From the IMG/VR virus record IMGVR_UViG_3300028327_000814: a stretch of 64,000 nt of DNA, one strand, 5' to 3'. The stretch comes from a virus. The translations under genes and the position numbers were made by a program. How positions within the stretch are numbered: the stretch's first letter is position 1; each line of letters opens with the position of its first letter. Below are positions 19,168-28,953 of the stretch, piece after piece. The notes under the pieces are model-generated. The model worked only from the letters and a program-made list of their open reading frames with translations. It did no database searches and was not told where the DNA came from.

Positions 19168-20025
19168 TTACAAAGCGTTCACCACTTCGGCATCAACGCA
19201 TTTAGCGCCGAGTTCGCAGGCGGCGTTCATCGCCTTCATGCACCAGTTGTTGATCAACAGCGGATAGGCGACCGAATAGATTTGCTGGGTTCGCGTCTGT
19301 CGTCTTAGTTTGGCGGCAAGCGCGGCGCAGCCCGAATCATTGATAATGTCAAGACGGTTTTTGTTGAGCCTTGCGAATTTAATGTCAAGATATTTCGCGA
19401 TCTCTTCGCCGCTTCCAAGCGGTTCCAGTTCCAGAACTTCCATGCGCCGGATAACTTCCCGCGCTTCCCAGTTTTTGGATTCGTCAAGTTTCATTTTCAT
19501 TTCAATCTGTCCGATTAAAACGATTGACAACAGCTTTTTGTAGCCGTCTTCAAGTTCCCAAAACCGTTTCAGGTACTTGAGGGTGTTGATGTTCAAATCA
19601 TGCGCTTCCTCGATCATCAGTACGTGGCTCCATCCGGCGCGGCTGGAGTTTGTTAAAATCCGTTCTATCTGCCGTGCTTTCGCTTCCAATGTCCGCTTCG
19701 GCGCTTCCGTGGAACAGTCGTTTATAATCGCGTCACAGATGCCGCCCGTTGAAAGACGCGTCTTGTCGATACAGCGCGGCGCGATTACGCGCACTTTCTG
19801 GCCTTCGGCGGCCATGCGGTCTATCGCGTAACGGCGGATCGTGCTTTTTCCGCTCCCGCTTTCTCCTACCAGCGCGACCATGCCTCCGGCCTTCGCCGAT
19901 TGCAAAATGTATTCCGCTATAAACCGGGTGTCCTCGGTCAGGTACACGTCCTCGGCTTTCACCACATCACCCGAAAAGGGATCGGCTTTCAGCCCGAATT
20001 TTTTAAAAGTTTTTAGTGTTAACAT
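19168..20025 (-). CDS. Transposition AAA+ ATPase (MuB functional equivalent, ExeA-type)
   Basis: Walker A GESGSGKS, Walker B MIEEAH; follows the transposase. Confidence 0.9.
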   Translation of the reverse strand: MLTLKTFKKFGLKADPFSGDVVKAEDVYLTEDTRFIAEYILQSAKAGGMVALVGESGSGKSTIRRYAIDRMAAEGQKVRVIAPRCIDKTRLSTGGICDAIINDCSTEAPKRTLEAKARQIERILTNSSRAGWSHVLMIEEAHDLNINTLKYLKRFWELEDGYKKLLSIVLIGQIEMKMKLDESKNWEAREVIRRMEVLELEPLGSGEEIAKYLDIKFARLNKNRLDIINDSGCAALAAKLRRQTRTQQIYSVAYPLLINNWCMKAMNAACELGAKCVDAEVVNAL

Positions 20026-20034
20026 ATTTTCTCC

Positions 20035-21726
20035 TTATGCAAATTTAAGAATCTTCTCAAAGGGCTTTTCTTCCTGTTGCCCTTTGTACTTGTTTACCAA
20101 ATCATCAAGCAGGTTGGACGGCGTTCCTTCGGGATACGCTTCCTTCAACCATTCGATGAAACCTTCCGGCACATAACCGAGTACCGGCTTAATCCGTTTC
20201 GCCATTTCGGTCGCGCTGATTAAAATCTCGTGGGTATGAATTGTTTCTGCGATCTCTATTCTGCTTCCTTCGGTCTGACGCATAAACGGATTTTCCGGTT
20301 GTATGAAGCTGTGCGCCGGACCCATGACCGATTCAAGAGCAGGATTTTCAAGAGACTTCTTTTGTTTTTCCCTCGCCGTGTCCTTATGCCGTTTGTAATT
20401 CACGCCGAATACGGGAGCGGTGATGTCAAAACCGGCTTCGTCAAATTCAATCGGTTCAATCTCAAAACTCAATTCTTCGCCCTTGTATTCGTAACTTACG
20501 ATGCAGACGGGATCTTCCGTCACCAGCACAGGCTGTAGGCTCACTTCCATTCCAACCAGTACGCCCTGCAAATCGCGGAGGCTGTATTTCAGAGACCGCT
20601 TTGCCCTCGGATGCACGATGCTTACGGTTAAATCCCCCGCGACCTTTCTAGTCTGTATGCCGCTTGCAAAAACCTGACGGCAAATTTCCTCATCGGGCAA
20701 TTCCCGCAGGTTTTCTTTTGCGATACGCTGCCAAAGCACAACTCGGCTTTGATTAATGCCGCTACGGCGCAAACGTGTATCAAGGTGAGGGATCATGTTG
20801 GCGTTATACGCCGCGCACCACCGCTCAACAGATTCATTCAATTCTTCAATGCTGTTTACAGGTTCAAAGCGCAAGCGGCTTTCAAACTGCGTTTCAACGA
20901 TGTTATTCGCATTTTCTACTTGCCCTTTTGCTCTTGGGTTACCAGGCATATGCGGATTTGTTTTAACATTAAACGCCTTGAGAGCGTTGGTGATTGGTTT
21001 GGCGATGTTACCAGTACCGCAGTCCCAAATCAACAATTCAGGGATTCCGTGAAAAACATAAGTGTTGTTCTCTTTCCGTCCCCAAGCGTATAACAGGAAG
21101 TCGTACATATTGGCGGCGGTTTCGCCCATCGCCGCGTAATAGCGGACGCATATTGAGCCGGAGTAATGATCTGTAAGCACATAACGTAAACACTTTTGGC
21201 GCCCTTCAAGAAAATTTTTATTTTTGTATAATTCGTCATCGTTAATGATTTTCTGTTTTCCGTTAGGCGCGAAATATAAAAGACATACTGACGGGTCTGT
21301 AAAATGAACCTGATTCGGGTATTCGCTTCTCATGCTTTGATGCGGCGTTGGAATCTTGCTGTCTGCTACAGACAGGTGATTTTCGCGTAACAGCATACGC
21401 AAGCGGCTGTCGCTTACCGGCACATCGATCCCCCGCGATTGAAGTATTGATCTTGCGACGTTCACAGGGAGAGTCGCCTTGCCGTTTTTTCGTATGCACT
21501 GTTTGACCATATCGGCGACCGCCAACAGGAGTTTTTCATCAAGGCTGGTTTCTCCGACATCTTTGCGTTTTTCACGCCCGGATTCCCAGCCGTTTTCTTT
21601 TAACACCTTGTAGGCTTTCGCCGGTGAGAAAGCGAACATACGGCACATATCGGCGACCACCGCCTTATGTTCAGCGTTGGTTTCGGCGGCGTTCATCCTA
21701 TCGACATACGGCTGATACACAGGCAA
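20035..21726 (-). CDS. DDE transposase (MuA functional equivalent)
   Basis: VHFTDPS, LIWDCGTGN, PRAKGQVENAN. Confidence 0.92.
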   Translation of the reverse strand: MPVYQPYVDRMNAAETNAEHKAVVADMCRMFAFSPAKAYKVLKENGWESGREKRKDVGETSLDEKLLLAVADMVKQCIRKNGKATLPVNVARSILQSRGIDVPVSDSRLRMLLRENHLSVADSKIPTPHQSMRSEYPNQVHFTDPSVCLLYFAPNGKQKIINDDELYKNKNFLEGRQKCLRYVLTDHYSGSICVRYYAAMGETAANMYDFLLYAWGRKENNTYVFHGIPELLIWDCGTGNIAKPITNALKAFNVKTNPHMPGNPRAKGQVENANNIVETQFESRLRFEPVNSIEELNESVERWCAAYNANMIPHLDTRLRRSGINQSRVVLWQRIAKENLRELPDEEICRQVFASGIQTRKVAGDLTVSIVHPRAKRSLKYSLRDLQGVLVGMEVSLQPVLVTEDPVCIVSYEYKGEELSFEIEPIEFDEAGFDITAPVFGVNYKRHKDTAREKQKKSLENPALESVMGPAHSFIQPENPFMRQTEGSRIEIAETIHTHEILISATEMAKRIKPVLGYVPEGFIEWLKEAYPEGTPSNLLDDLVNKYKGQQEEKPFEKILKFA

Positions 21727-21729
21727 CCC

Positions 21730-22581
21730 CTACAAATCGCTGATGCGCCAGTCTTTCTGCGGACCTAAATTGTCGAGTACGTCTGTCCAACATTCACTCA
21801 ACCCGCGGAAAGTATTCATTTCCATATCAAACTGACCCATCCAGTCATTCAATTGTTGGACATTAACGTCTTCGATTTTCTCGGCTTTTGCGATTAAAGA
21901 AAGAACGTTGCGGATGCTGCTGTTTACTTCCGCTAATGCGATAGTGTATTCTTTGTTAAGTCCATAAAGCGCAGCTTGTGCTACTTGTTCCTTTGTAGGA
22001 GGTAAACGATTTTCATTTTCTAATTCAAGATGGGCAATTTGTTCATCTTTTTGCCTTATTTTTTCTTTTACTACAGCTTCCGTTTTTTTTACTTTTTCTC
22101 GTAGCTTTCGGACTTCATCCTCAAGTTCCCGTGTCGTCATTTCAGCAACATCATCGTGAGGTATTTCTCCCAGATTGCCACCTTTTAGGTATTCATCAAC
22201 AACTGGCTTTTCAAGTACAGATAAAAGTTTAAATTTGGTGGTTCCCAAATTGTTCAGCGCCGAACAATTTACCCCTTCAGCGACAAGTTGAGCCGCACGT
22301 ATTGCAAACCATGAACCTGTATGATTTACTCCCATTCGTTTTAACGATTCAAGAAATTCTCCATGTTCAACGTATGCCTTAATCCAAAGATAACACCTTC
22401 CAGCTTCTACCATTTCCTGCGCCCAATTTGCCGTATGAGTTTTTCCAATTGTTTCTACTCGAGTCAGATCAAATGGAAGCCCATCGCCATATAAACGATC
22501 CGCCATTTCTCTGTTTGCTTGCATTTTATCTAGAGCCTTTGTTTCAGGCGCAATTTTGTTTTTCGTTCTCGCCATCTTCAT
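21730..22581 (-). CDS. Hypothetical phage protein (DUF3102-like)
   Basis: EAGRCYLWIKAYVEHGEFLESL, LGTTKFKLL. Confidence 0.65.
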   Translation of the reverse strand: MKMARTKNKIAPETKALDKMQANREMADRLYGDGLPFDLTRVETIGKTHTANWAQEMVEAGRCYLWIKAYVEHGEFLESLKRMGVNHTGSWFAIRAAQLVAEGVNCSALNNLGTTKFKLLSVLEKPVVDEYLKGGNLGEIPHDDVAEMTTRELEDEVRKLREKVKKTEAVVKEKIRQKDEQIAHLELENENRLPPTKEQVAQAALYGLNKEYTIALAEVNSSIRNVLSLIAKAEKIEDVNVQQLNDWMGQFDMEMNTFRGLSECWTDVLDNLGPQKDWRISDL

Positions 22582-22587
22582 TTCCCC

Positions 22588-22884
22588 TTATTGCATTTCG
22601 GCGGCGTACCGCGCTTCCTCTTCGGTCAAGCGCAGTTTTGCCAACTGATACGAGCGCATAATGCGCCCGGAAAATCCCCCGAAGGTTGGCGATAAACGCC
22701 ACCTTGATCCGTTGCCCTGGACAACCCAATCGTTAGTTTTGAAAAGCGCCATGTCACGGCAGATGTTTGTTTCGCTGGTTTTAATGCGAACCGCAAGTTC
22801 TTTGTTTGTAAGCCCTGAAACATGGTTGTCGCATAACAGACGGATAATCTCAAATATCCGTTCCTGACTATTTAATTTTTCCAT
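22588..22884 (-). CDS. Winged-helix (IclR-like) DNA-binding protein
   Basis: GLTNKELAVRIKTSETNICRDM. Confidence 0.7.
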   Translation of the reverse strand: MEKLNSQERIFEIIRLLCDNHVSGLTNKELAVRIKTSETNICRDMALFKTNDWVVQGNGSRWRLSPTFGGFSGRIMRSYQLAKLRLTEEEARYAAEMQ

Positions 22885-23002
22885 GCTTCAACGCCACCTC
22901 CCTGATACTATAGCCGAGACTGATAAGCCAACCCCAATTCCATTGTTCGCCCTTGTCTTTAAGGCTGACGCCTAACCTTAAAATGAATCCCATAACAGCC
23001 TC

Positions 23003-23611
23003 CTACAAAGCCGCCACGTCCAGCGGTATCATCTGATACTCGCCGTTGGCGTCGCGTTCATAAATCCGCAGATATTGCTTTGTTCCCGTTATGTGAACGC
23101 TCTCGGTGATTGCCGTCATCGCCTTTTGCCAGTCCGCGTCTTGTATATCAAGGCGGCGCAAACCCAAAACCCTAGCCGTGGATATTTTCCCTTGCTTGTC
23201 AACTTGGAACGCGTCATTTACCAACACGCGAATTTCGTCACGAGCGCCCTTGCTCCATTTGGTCAGACACTTGCCGATTAAATCGCGCGCCACTTGCAGG
23301 CGCTCGTCAAAGGTGATGTTGTCATTCATGGCGATTATCAATTTGAATTGACCGTCATAAGAGGTGAGGGATATATTTCCTTTTTTCCCGCCCCACTCAA
23401 CACCATAGTCCTTGGCAGATTTTTTTACAAAGTCAAGAATGTCATCGCGTATGCGGCTCTTAAATTCACCTAACACGCTTTTTATTTCTCTTGCTTCGTC
23501 TGCAATACGGCGGACTACCTGATCCCGCAGTATGTCGATTTCTTTGACCATTTTTATAGGGACTTGCCGTCCCATGCTGTCGGTCATAAATTCCTGTTTG
23601 CTTTTACTCAT
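23003..23611 (-). CDS. DUF3164 family Mu-like early protein
   Basis: GGKKGNISLTSYDG, FDERLQVA, VLGLRRLDI. Confidence 0.82.
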   Translation of the reverse strand: MSKSKQEFMTDSMGRQVPIKMVKEIDILRDQVVRRIADEAREIKSVLGEFKSRIRDDILDFVKKSAKDYGVEWGGKKGNISLTSYDGQFKLIIAMNDNITFDERLQVARDLIGKCLTKWSKGARDEIRVLVNDAFQVDKQGKISTARVLGLRRLDIQDADWQKAMTAITESVHITGTKQYLRIYERDANGEYQMIPLDVAAL

Positions 23612-23903
23612 AATTTTTCCCTCCTAAAGTTTCTTGCGGATAGGCTAAAAGATATTCCACAACAGCCAATGCCTTTTTTGGTTCGTTATTTTCCAAAAAA
23701 GTTTTTACTAATTCAATGCGTCTTTTTATTTCCCTGAAAACATCACACTCTATAGACCCTCTAATGGATAATTCAAAAAGTCCCATGTCAGATAATTTTC
23801 CCTCTCTAATGTGTTCGAGGCTTTTGTGAATTTTCATTGTGTACGGTAGTTCTTCTTTGACTTTCTTTGTGATTTTTCTAGGGGAAGGATATGCGCTTTT
23901 CAT
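23604..23903 (-). CDS. Hypothetical protein
   Basis: Translationally coupled ORF in the early operon. Confidence 0.55.
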   Translation of the reverse strand: MKSAYPSPRKITKKVKEELPYTMKIHKSLEHIREGKLSDMGLFELSIRGSIECDVFREIKRRIELVKTFLENNEPKKALAVVEYLLAYPQETLGGKNYE

Positions 23904-24139
23904 AGCCTCACCCCTGCTGCCACGTCTTTGATTGCTTGGGCCGGACTGTCGGCTTCAATGCAGATGAGTTTGTTTCTGGTTTTATTTTTGTTTGTGACAT
24001 CCACCATCTTGTTGTTTAACGGATCGACAAAACAGCGGAAGCTGACAGGCAAGTCTGCCAAACTAAAAGCGTTTTCAAGTTGGCGTAACGAGTCTTCGTA
24101 ATCCGCAAAAGCGGCTTTGTGTTGTTCGTCAAGGATCAT
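23900..24139 (-). CDS. Hypothetical protein
   Basis: Overlapping stop/start with both neighbours. Confidence 0.55.
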   Translation of the reverse strand: MILDEQHKAAFADYEDSLRQLENAFSLADLPVSFRCFVDPLNNKMVDVTNKNKTRNKLICIEADSPAQAIKDVAAGVRL

Positions 24140-24405
24140 ACAGCTTCCTTCCCACGGCTTGCCGCTATCAGTTTCTCGAAAGATTCGTAACCTAAGACTT
24201 CAGCCAAAGCCTTTTTGACCTTTTCAGAGTTCTTGCGTCCACGCAAAAAATCTGATACCATACGATTATTGCAGCCTGCCTTTGCGGCGACTTCAATTTG
24301 AGTGATGCTGCGTAATCTCAACATATAGTTGATATAGCAGCCCTTCTGTGGAGTAATTGTGATTCCCATCGCTTTTCTCCTTGCACGACTTAGTTTCTGT
24401 GCCAT
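24136..24405 (-). CDS. Ner/Cro-like HTH regulator
   Basis: ITQIEVAAKAGCNNRMVSDFLRG; first gene divergent from the repressor. Confidence 0.75.
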   Translation of the reverse strand: MAQKLSRARRKAMGITITPQKGCYINYMLRLRSITQIEVAAKAGCNNRMVSDFLRGRKNSEKVKKALAEVLGYESFEKLIAASRGKEAV

Positions 24406-24518
24406 CTTGGACTCCTTCCCGCGTAAGCGGGTTTTGGTTTGGTTTGCAGGGTTTTCGCGTCCGGCTGGAACCCTGCAATTTTTTACTTGCGGATGTGGAA
24501 ACTTCCGCAGATAGTTTA

Positions 24519-24547
24519 TTATTGTCGGATTTTTTCTAATATGTCAA
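24519..24547 (-). promoter_or_regulatory. Early leftward promoter
   Basis: TTGACA (24542-24547 reversed) with CAATAA(T) 17 bp downstream; dyad TTGCAGGGTT..AACCCTGCAA nearby. Confidence 0.5.
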
Positions 24548-24568
24548 GGAGAAAATAAGAAAAATTCT

Positions 24569-25267
24569 ATGAATTTTGCAAAAAGTATAGAAAAAATACG
24601 AACACAATTAAACGTTTCTACGGCAGCCTTAGAAAAATTCTTAGGCTTGTCAAATGGGTATATTTCGAATATTGAAAAAAATGGAACAGATAACCCTGGA
24701 AAACTCCTAATTGCCCTCAAAGAAAAAGGTATAAGTACGGATTGGTTCCTGACTGGCGAAGGCGAAATGTTCAGGAATCAAGAACCTGAGAGCACTGCGC
24801 CGGAGAAACCTGCCAAAACTGTTTTTGAAATCCCTCTTTTGACCAAAGAACATCTATTGTCCTTTGACCCCGAAAAAGAAATCCCTGAAAGGGAGCGGAA
24901 GGCGAATTCCGGGGATTATCCGGACTTAACTTATATCCCTGTTCCTATGCGTGTTATGGAATACAGTACCGACCTCCGCGCGGCGGTGGCGTTCGACAGC
25001 CGCATGGCTCCCATTATCCGCTCAGGCGACATCGCCATTTTCGAGGCTACCGGCTGGGGTGGCAACGGCATTTACCTCTATCGGATGGGCGGCAAACTTC
25101 ATATCGGCTACGTCGGGCATTATGATAACACGCATCATTTATTTGATGAACGGAAAAACGATGAACTGCCGTATGACGAGACATTTAAGGCGATAGGCAG
25201 AGTCCGCGCCGTGGTCAGCGATTTATCCGGCAACGACTGGAAAGGCGGCAAGCAGCCGCCAAATTGA
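24569..25267 (+). CDS. CI-like repressor (HTH plus S24-like C-terminal domain)
   Basis: LGLSNGYISNIEK, ISTDWFLTGEGEM, RMAPIIRSGDIAIF. Confidence 0.85.
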   Translation: MNFAKSIEKIRTQLNVSTAALEKFLGLSNGYISNIEKNGTDNPGKLLIALKEKGISTDWFLTGEGEMFRNQEPESTAPEKPAKTVFEIPLLTKEHLLSFDPEKEIPERERKANSGDYPDLTYIPVPMRVMEYSTDLRAAVAFDSRMAPIIRSGDIAIFEATGWGGNGIYLYRMGGKLHIGYVGHYDNTHHLFDERKNDELPYDETFKAIGRVRAVVSDLSGNDWKGGKQPPN

Positions 25268-25270
25268 GGA

Positions 25271-26269
25271 GTGATGATGAAAAAATTAATATTTCTTATT
25301 ACTTTTATTTTTTTGGCTTATTCGACATATGCACAAAAATTTGATTTTCCTATTGTCAGCAATACAGTTCCTTCTGTGCAAAATGCTTTCATTGCATTGT
25401 TGCATAACATGGCCTATTTAAGCGAAAAATCTACAATGGTAGATAATATAAAATATGAAAATACAAACATTAGATATATTGAATACATTGATTTTATATT
25501 AAATAAAATGACGTTTGAAAATATACGAAATTATTTTTTAAGTATTTCTCAAAACATTGAAAGAATAGATTATTTAAGTTTATCTAAGAAACAACAAGAA
25601 AATTTTGAATATTTTTTACGAACTGCAATAGTAGATAGTTGGACATTTGGAACAGGAAGCATTGATTTTGTTAATCTTCCCATTATTGAAAATAGCGATA
25701 TAAATCTGGATGCGTTTAACGATAAAATAATACAAGAACAAAATAATATTACGAACTATGAAACGCAATTAAATGCCCTGCCTAAACTTGAAGCTATCCA
25801 AAAAATGATAGATGATGCAGTTATAGAATATCGTGAATTACAAAACAGTACCCCCAAGACAGCAAGAGCTGTTCAGAATAAAGAAAACCGCATGGCTGAG
25901 TTAAAAAATATTGAGGCAAAAGCACGCAAGCAACATATAGAAGTTTCTGATCAAATAAAAATTTTAAAAAGCAGAATTTCATCATCAAGAACAAATATAC
26001 GAAATATTGAATTACAGAGAGAAAATGAAATAAAAAATTTAAATGAAAAAGCAAAACAAAACTACATAAAGAATCTGCATGATAATATAAACAACTTTTA
26101 CCAGTGGAAAGATTTTTTTAATAACAAAAACAATATTATAAGAGAATATTTAATAGCTATTGATATCCGCGGTCATCTTACTGGAGTTATTAATGATTAT
26201 ATACCGCAAAGGCAGGTTCAAAGTTTCCGTACAAGGCTTGATGCTTTTTGTGCAGGATGGGGAATATAA
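25271..26269 (+). CDS. Exported coiled-coil protein (moron)
   Basis: Signal peptide MKKLIFLITFIFLAYSTYA; AT-rich; 3 bp after the repressor. Confidence 0.7.
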   Translation: MMMKKLIFLITFIFLAYSTYAQKFDFPIVSNTVPSVQNAFIALLHNMAYLSEKSTMVDNIKYENTNIRYIEYIDFILNKMTFENIRNYFLSISQNIERIDYLSLSKKQQENFEYFLRTAIVDSWTFGTGSIDFVNLPIIENSDINLDAFNDKIIQEQNNITNYETQLNALPKLEAIQKMIDDAVIEYRELQNSTPKTARAVQNKENRMAELKNIEAKARKQHIEVSDQIKILKSRISSSRTNIRNIELQRENEIKNLNEKAKQNYIKNLHDNINNFYQWKDFFNNKNNIIREYLIAIDIRGHLTGVINDYIPQRQVQSFRTRLDAFCAGWGI

Positions 26270-26286
26270 AAGGAGGATAATTTTTT

Positions 26287-26463
26287 ATGGAAAACGATTC
26301 TGTAAAACGCAAAGAGGCAATGGAACTGGCGATAAAGACCGTTGCAGTCTGCCCTGAATTTTTTTCAAAATCAGCAACACCCACAGAACGGACTTTAGGA
26401 GCGATGATAGTGCGTGAAGCAAAAACTATTTACGACTATCTTTATCCGGAGGGAAAACAGTAA
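26287..26463 (+). CDS. Small hypothetical protein (58 aa)
   Basis: AGGAGG upstream; MENDSVKRKEAMELAIK... Confidence 0.45.
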   Translation: MENDSVKRKEAMELAIKTVAVCPEFFSKSATPTERTLGAMIVREAKTIYDYLYPEGKQ

Positions 26464-26651
26464 TTGCCAAAGCCTGGTTAAATTGTTCATCTTTCTTTAC
26501 GGCAATTACATCGTATCCGAATTTGGCCAGCAGATTGGCGGCGCGGATCAAGTCGTTTTTGTTTTTCTTGCGTTTTTTATTTTCAGCCATATTCACATGG
26601 TAGCGTATGGCAGGGCTGTTATTACAATAATGACTAATATTAATTAAAGCT

Positions 26652-26684
26652 AAAAAAAAGGCGAGGATAACCCCCGCCTTTTTT
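26652..26684. terminator. Bidirectional intrinsic terminator
   Basis: AAAAAAAGGCG-loop-CGCCTTTTTT between convergent genes. Confidence 0.65.
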
Positions 26685-26697
26685 GGTCCCTTTGCTG

Positions 26698-27009
26698 CTA
26701 GTAAAAAACCTGTCCGGGACTGAAATTAATGAAACTTGTCTTTTCGGTTTTAATGTTCTTTGTCAAACCGATAAAACTAATTTCCGGCACTGCTGTCTCA
26801 TACGGGATTGTTTCCGAGGATATAATACGGGAATCCGTCGATAGATTAACCGTACACCCTAAGAATTCCCCGATATCAAAACCTTCATCCAACGAAAGCT
26901 GGATTAAAACAGGTTCAGCATCGACAGTGTAGCTTGCCCTTTCATCCGCCATTACGCCCATAAGGGCAATCAGGCAAAAGAACAAGGCAAAAAGTAAAAT
27001 ACGTTTCAT
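26698..27009 (-). CDS. Exported hypothetical protein
   Basis: Signal peptide MKRILLFALFFCLIALMGVMA; AGGAGG upstream. Confidence 0.6.
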   Translation of the reverse strand: MKRILLFALFFCLIALMGVMADERASYTVDAEPVLIQLSLDEGFDIGEFLGCTVNLSTDSRIISSETIPYETAVPEISFIGLTKNIKTEKTSFINFSPGQVFY

Positions 27010-27176
27010 GTAACGCCTCCTATAAAAAATTAGCGGTCACGAGTCCGACCGCCAAGGACATCAAACCAATTAAAGGAGTAAAGTAGGCATTGTCAGAATA
27101 ACCTGACAACAGCCAAAAAATACAATAATTATAATTATTGTAAATCGCGGCCCGTAAATCGGTACGATTTTACAAT

Positions 27177-27494
27177 ATGGTAGAAAATAAGAAGTTTTCG
27201 TTTTCAATTTTCTTAATCAAGATAACATCCCGCGCATTCTGGGTTTGGCTCATTACTACGGGGATAGTTTGTTATGTAATTTACAAAATATTAAACGCTG
27301 AAAAACCCCAAACTTACACATGGATTCCTATTCTCCTGTGGATATGGGGAGGAACGGCGCTTCTTTTTATCGGCGGTAGGGTACTGCTAGACGCGTTAGG
27401 CAAAATGGTAGAAAAGGCAAACCTGACCATAAACCAAAATAACAACATCAGCGCAAGCACGCAAATCTCCGGAACTCTGGGAGCGACAAAATGA
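27177..27494 (+). CDS. Holin-like protein
   Basis: Two TM segments; immediately before the endolysin. Confidence 0.65.
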   Translation: MVENKKFSFSIFLIKITSRAFWVWLITTGIVCYVIYKILNAEKPQTYTWIPILLWIWGGTALLFIGGRVLLDALGKMVEKANLTINQNNNISASTQISGTLGATK

Positions 27495-28135
27495 AAATCG
27501 TCAATAACAGTGACGGCAAGCCGTATTATACCCAGCGCAATAATGAATTATTCCCAAGCTCCGCATGTAACGTGACGAGCATGGTTTCAGGTCTGGCAGC
27601 CGCGGGCTGGCCTTTTGCCGCCGGAAAATATAGGCAGCCCGAAGACAACCTGATGGATTTTATTCGTAGCAACCCGACGGTAAAAAAGAGATGGGACGTT
27701 ATTGATCCGCAGCATACAACGCCGCCAAACCAGATTCATGAATTGATTTGTCTTGGAACCAATCTTTGGATCGAACATCTTAAAGGACCGAAAATTGAAC
27801 TGCTTTGGCAATTGTACCCTTCCGATGTCGTCAAAATAATTGACGAAGGCGGGGCCGTGGTCATGTCAGGCAGGTTTCAAGACTCTAAGATCGGCTACTT
27901 GGGGCATATCGTCGCCGTGGTCGGATACCAGGCTACGGATGCCGGAGAGATAACTCATTTTATCATTGACGATCCCTGGGGAGATTACGAAACACTTTAC
28001 AGAGTTCAGCGCGGCGATGATGTGTTTATGCCGTTATCTGATTGGCTGTCTATGATGAGGGAGCAAAAAAACCCGTATAAATTCGGTCATGTCATTAAGA
28101 AGTTTAAGACGCAGGGGACGGAATGTGGCGGCTAA
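27491..28135 (+). CDS. Endolysin candidate, C39-like cysteine peptidase
   Basis: QRNN..SACNVTS (Cys), GHIVAVVGY (His), IIDDPWG. Confidence 0.75.
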   Translation: MKIVNNSDGKPYYTQRNNELFPSSACNVTSMVSGLAAAGWPFAAGKYRQPEDNLMDFIRSNPTVKKRWDVIDPQHTTPPNQIHELICLGTNLWIEHLKGPKIELLWQLYPSDVVKIIDEGGAVVMSGRFQDSKIGYLGHIVAVVGYQATDAGEITHFIIDDPWGDYETLYRVQRGDDVFMPLSDWLSMMREQKNPYKFGHVIKKFKTQGTECGG

Positions 28136-28560
28136 ACTCAAAAAAACTATTTTTTATATCGCTGTTACTGTGCTTGTTTTCGGCGCGGGTTTTTTCGCAA
28201 GGGGTCTATTTGACCGAAAGCGAATATCGGGAACTGTTGAACCTTATCAAAACATCCAAAACGAACTCCGAAGCGCAGACGAAGCTCATAACAGAATTGA
28301 AGAGAGTATTGGCGGAGCAAGAAACGGAGTTACGTCAGGCATTGAACTTTCTGGAACAATCGGAAGCGGACTTGACGGAATTGAAAGCCTCGCTGTCGAG
28401 AATACGGACTTACTCGGAAGAGCTGAACGAATACTGCTTAACGCTGGAGCAAGAGAACAAAGCCCTTAACAAAAAAAACAAGGGATTAAAGATAGGGCTT
28501 GGAATATCATCCGGCGCAGCCGGAGCTTTATTAGTTGCACTTTTAATATTGATTTTATAA
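28123..28560 (+). CDS. Signal peptide, coiled coil and C-terminal TM protein (spanin-like)
   Basis: MWRLNSKKLFFISLLLCLFS...; heptads; GLKIGLGISSGAAGALLVALLILIL. Confidence 0.6.
   Translation: MWRLNSKKLFFISLLLCLFSARVFSQGVYLTESEYRELLNLIKTSKTNSEAQTKLITELKRVLAEQETELRQALNFLEQSEADLTELKASLSRIRTYSEELNEYCLTLEQENKALNKKNKGLKIGLGISSGAAGALLVALLILIL
28125..28469 (+). CDS. Embedded N-anchored coiled-coil protein (i-spanin-like)
   Basis: GTG overlaps the ATG of the partner (ATGTG); TM IFYIAVTVLVFGAGFFA. Confidence 0.5.
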   Translation: MAAKLKKTIFYIAVTVLVFGAGFFARGLFDRKRISGTVEPYQNIQNELRSADEAHNRIEESIGGARNGVTSGIELSGTIGSGLDGIESLAVENTDLLGRAERILLNAGAREQSP

Positions 28561-28626
28561 ATACAATAACCGCCATTAGGGGAAATATAACGGCGGCCTG
28601 TTTTAAATTATAAAGCGGAGGGATTT

Positions 28627-28950
28627 GTGGAAATAGCGAAATTTGTATTGACGGCGATTGGCACTTTTTTGTCGGTCTTCGCGCTTTCGTTTACGGTATT
28701 TCAATACTGGCGGAAAAAGCAGGATGAAAAATTTGATCTGCTCAAAAAGTCTTTGGAAAACATCATACAGAAAGAAATCGACAACCGTAAGGAATCAATA
28801 GCGCACATGGAAGGGCGTGTTAGTTCCCTTGAAAATACCATGTCACAGAGGTTTGAAAACCGTCTAAGCGTGATTGAAGGCGAACTACGCGGAATCAAAC
28901 CGATTTTACAATCAATTCAAAACTGGTTCATCAATAACAAAAAGGGGTAA
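28627..28950 (+). CDS. Membrane-anchored coiled-coil protein (Mu gp25-like position)
   Basis: N-terminal TM; synteny before gp26. Confidence 0.6.
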   Translation: MEIAKFVLTAIGTFLSVFALSFTVFQYWRKKQDEKFDLLKKSLENIIQKEIDNRKESIAHMEGRVSSLENTMSQRFENRLSVIEGELRGIKPILQSIQNWFINNKKG

Positions 28951-28953
28951 ACA

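Noticed and set aside
23003-23611. Mu Gam call
   Set aside because: The motifs fit DUF3164 rather than Gam.
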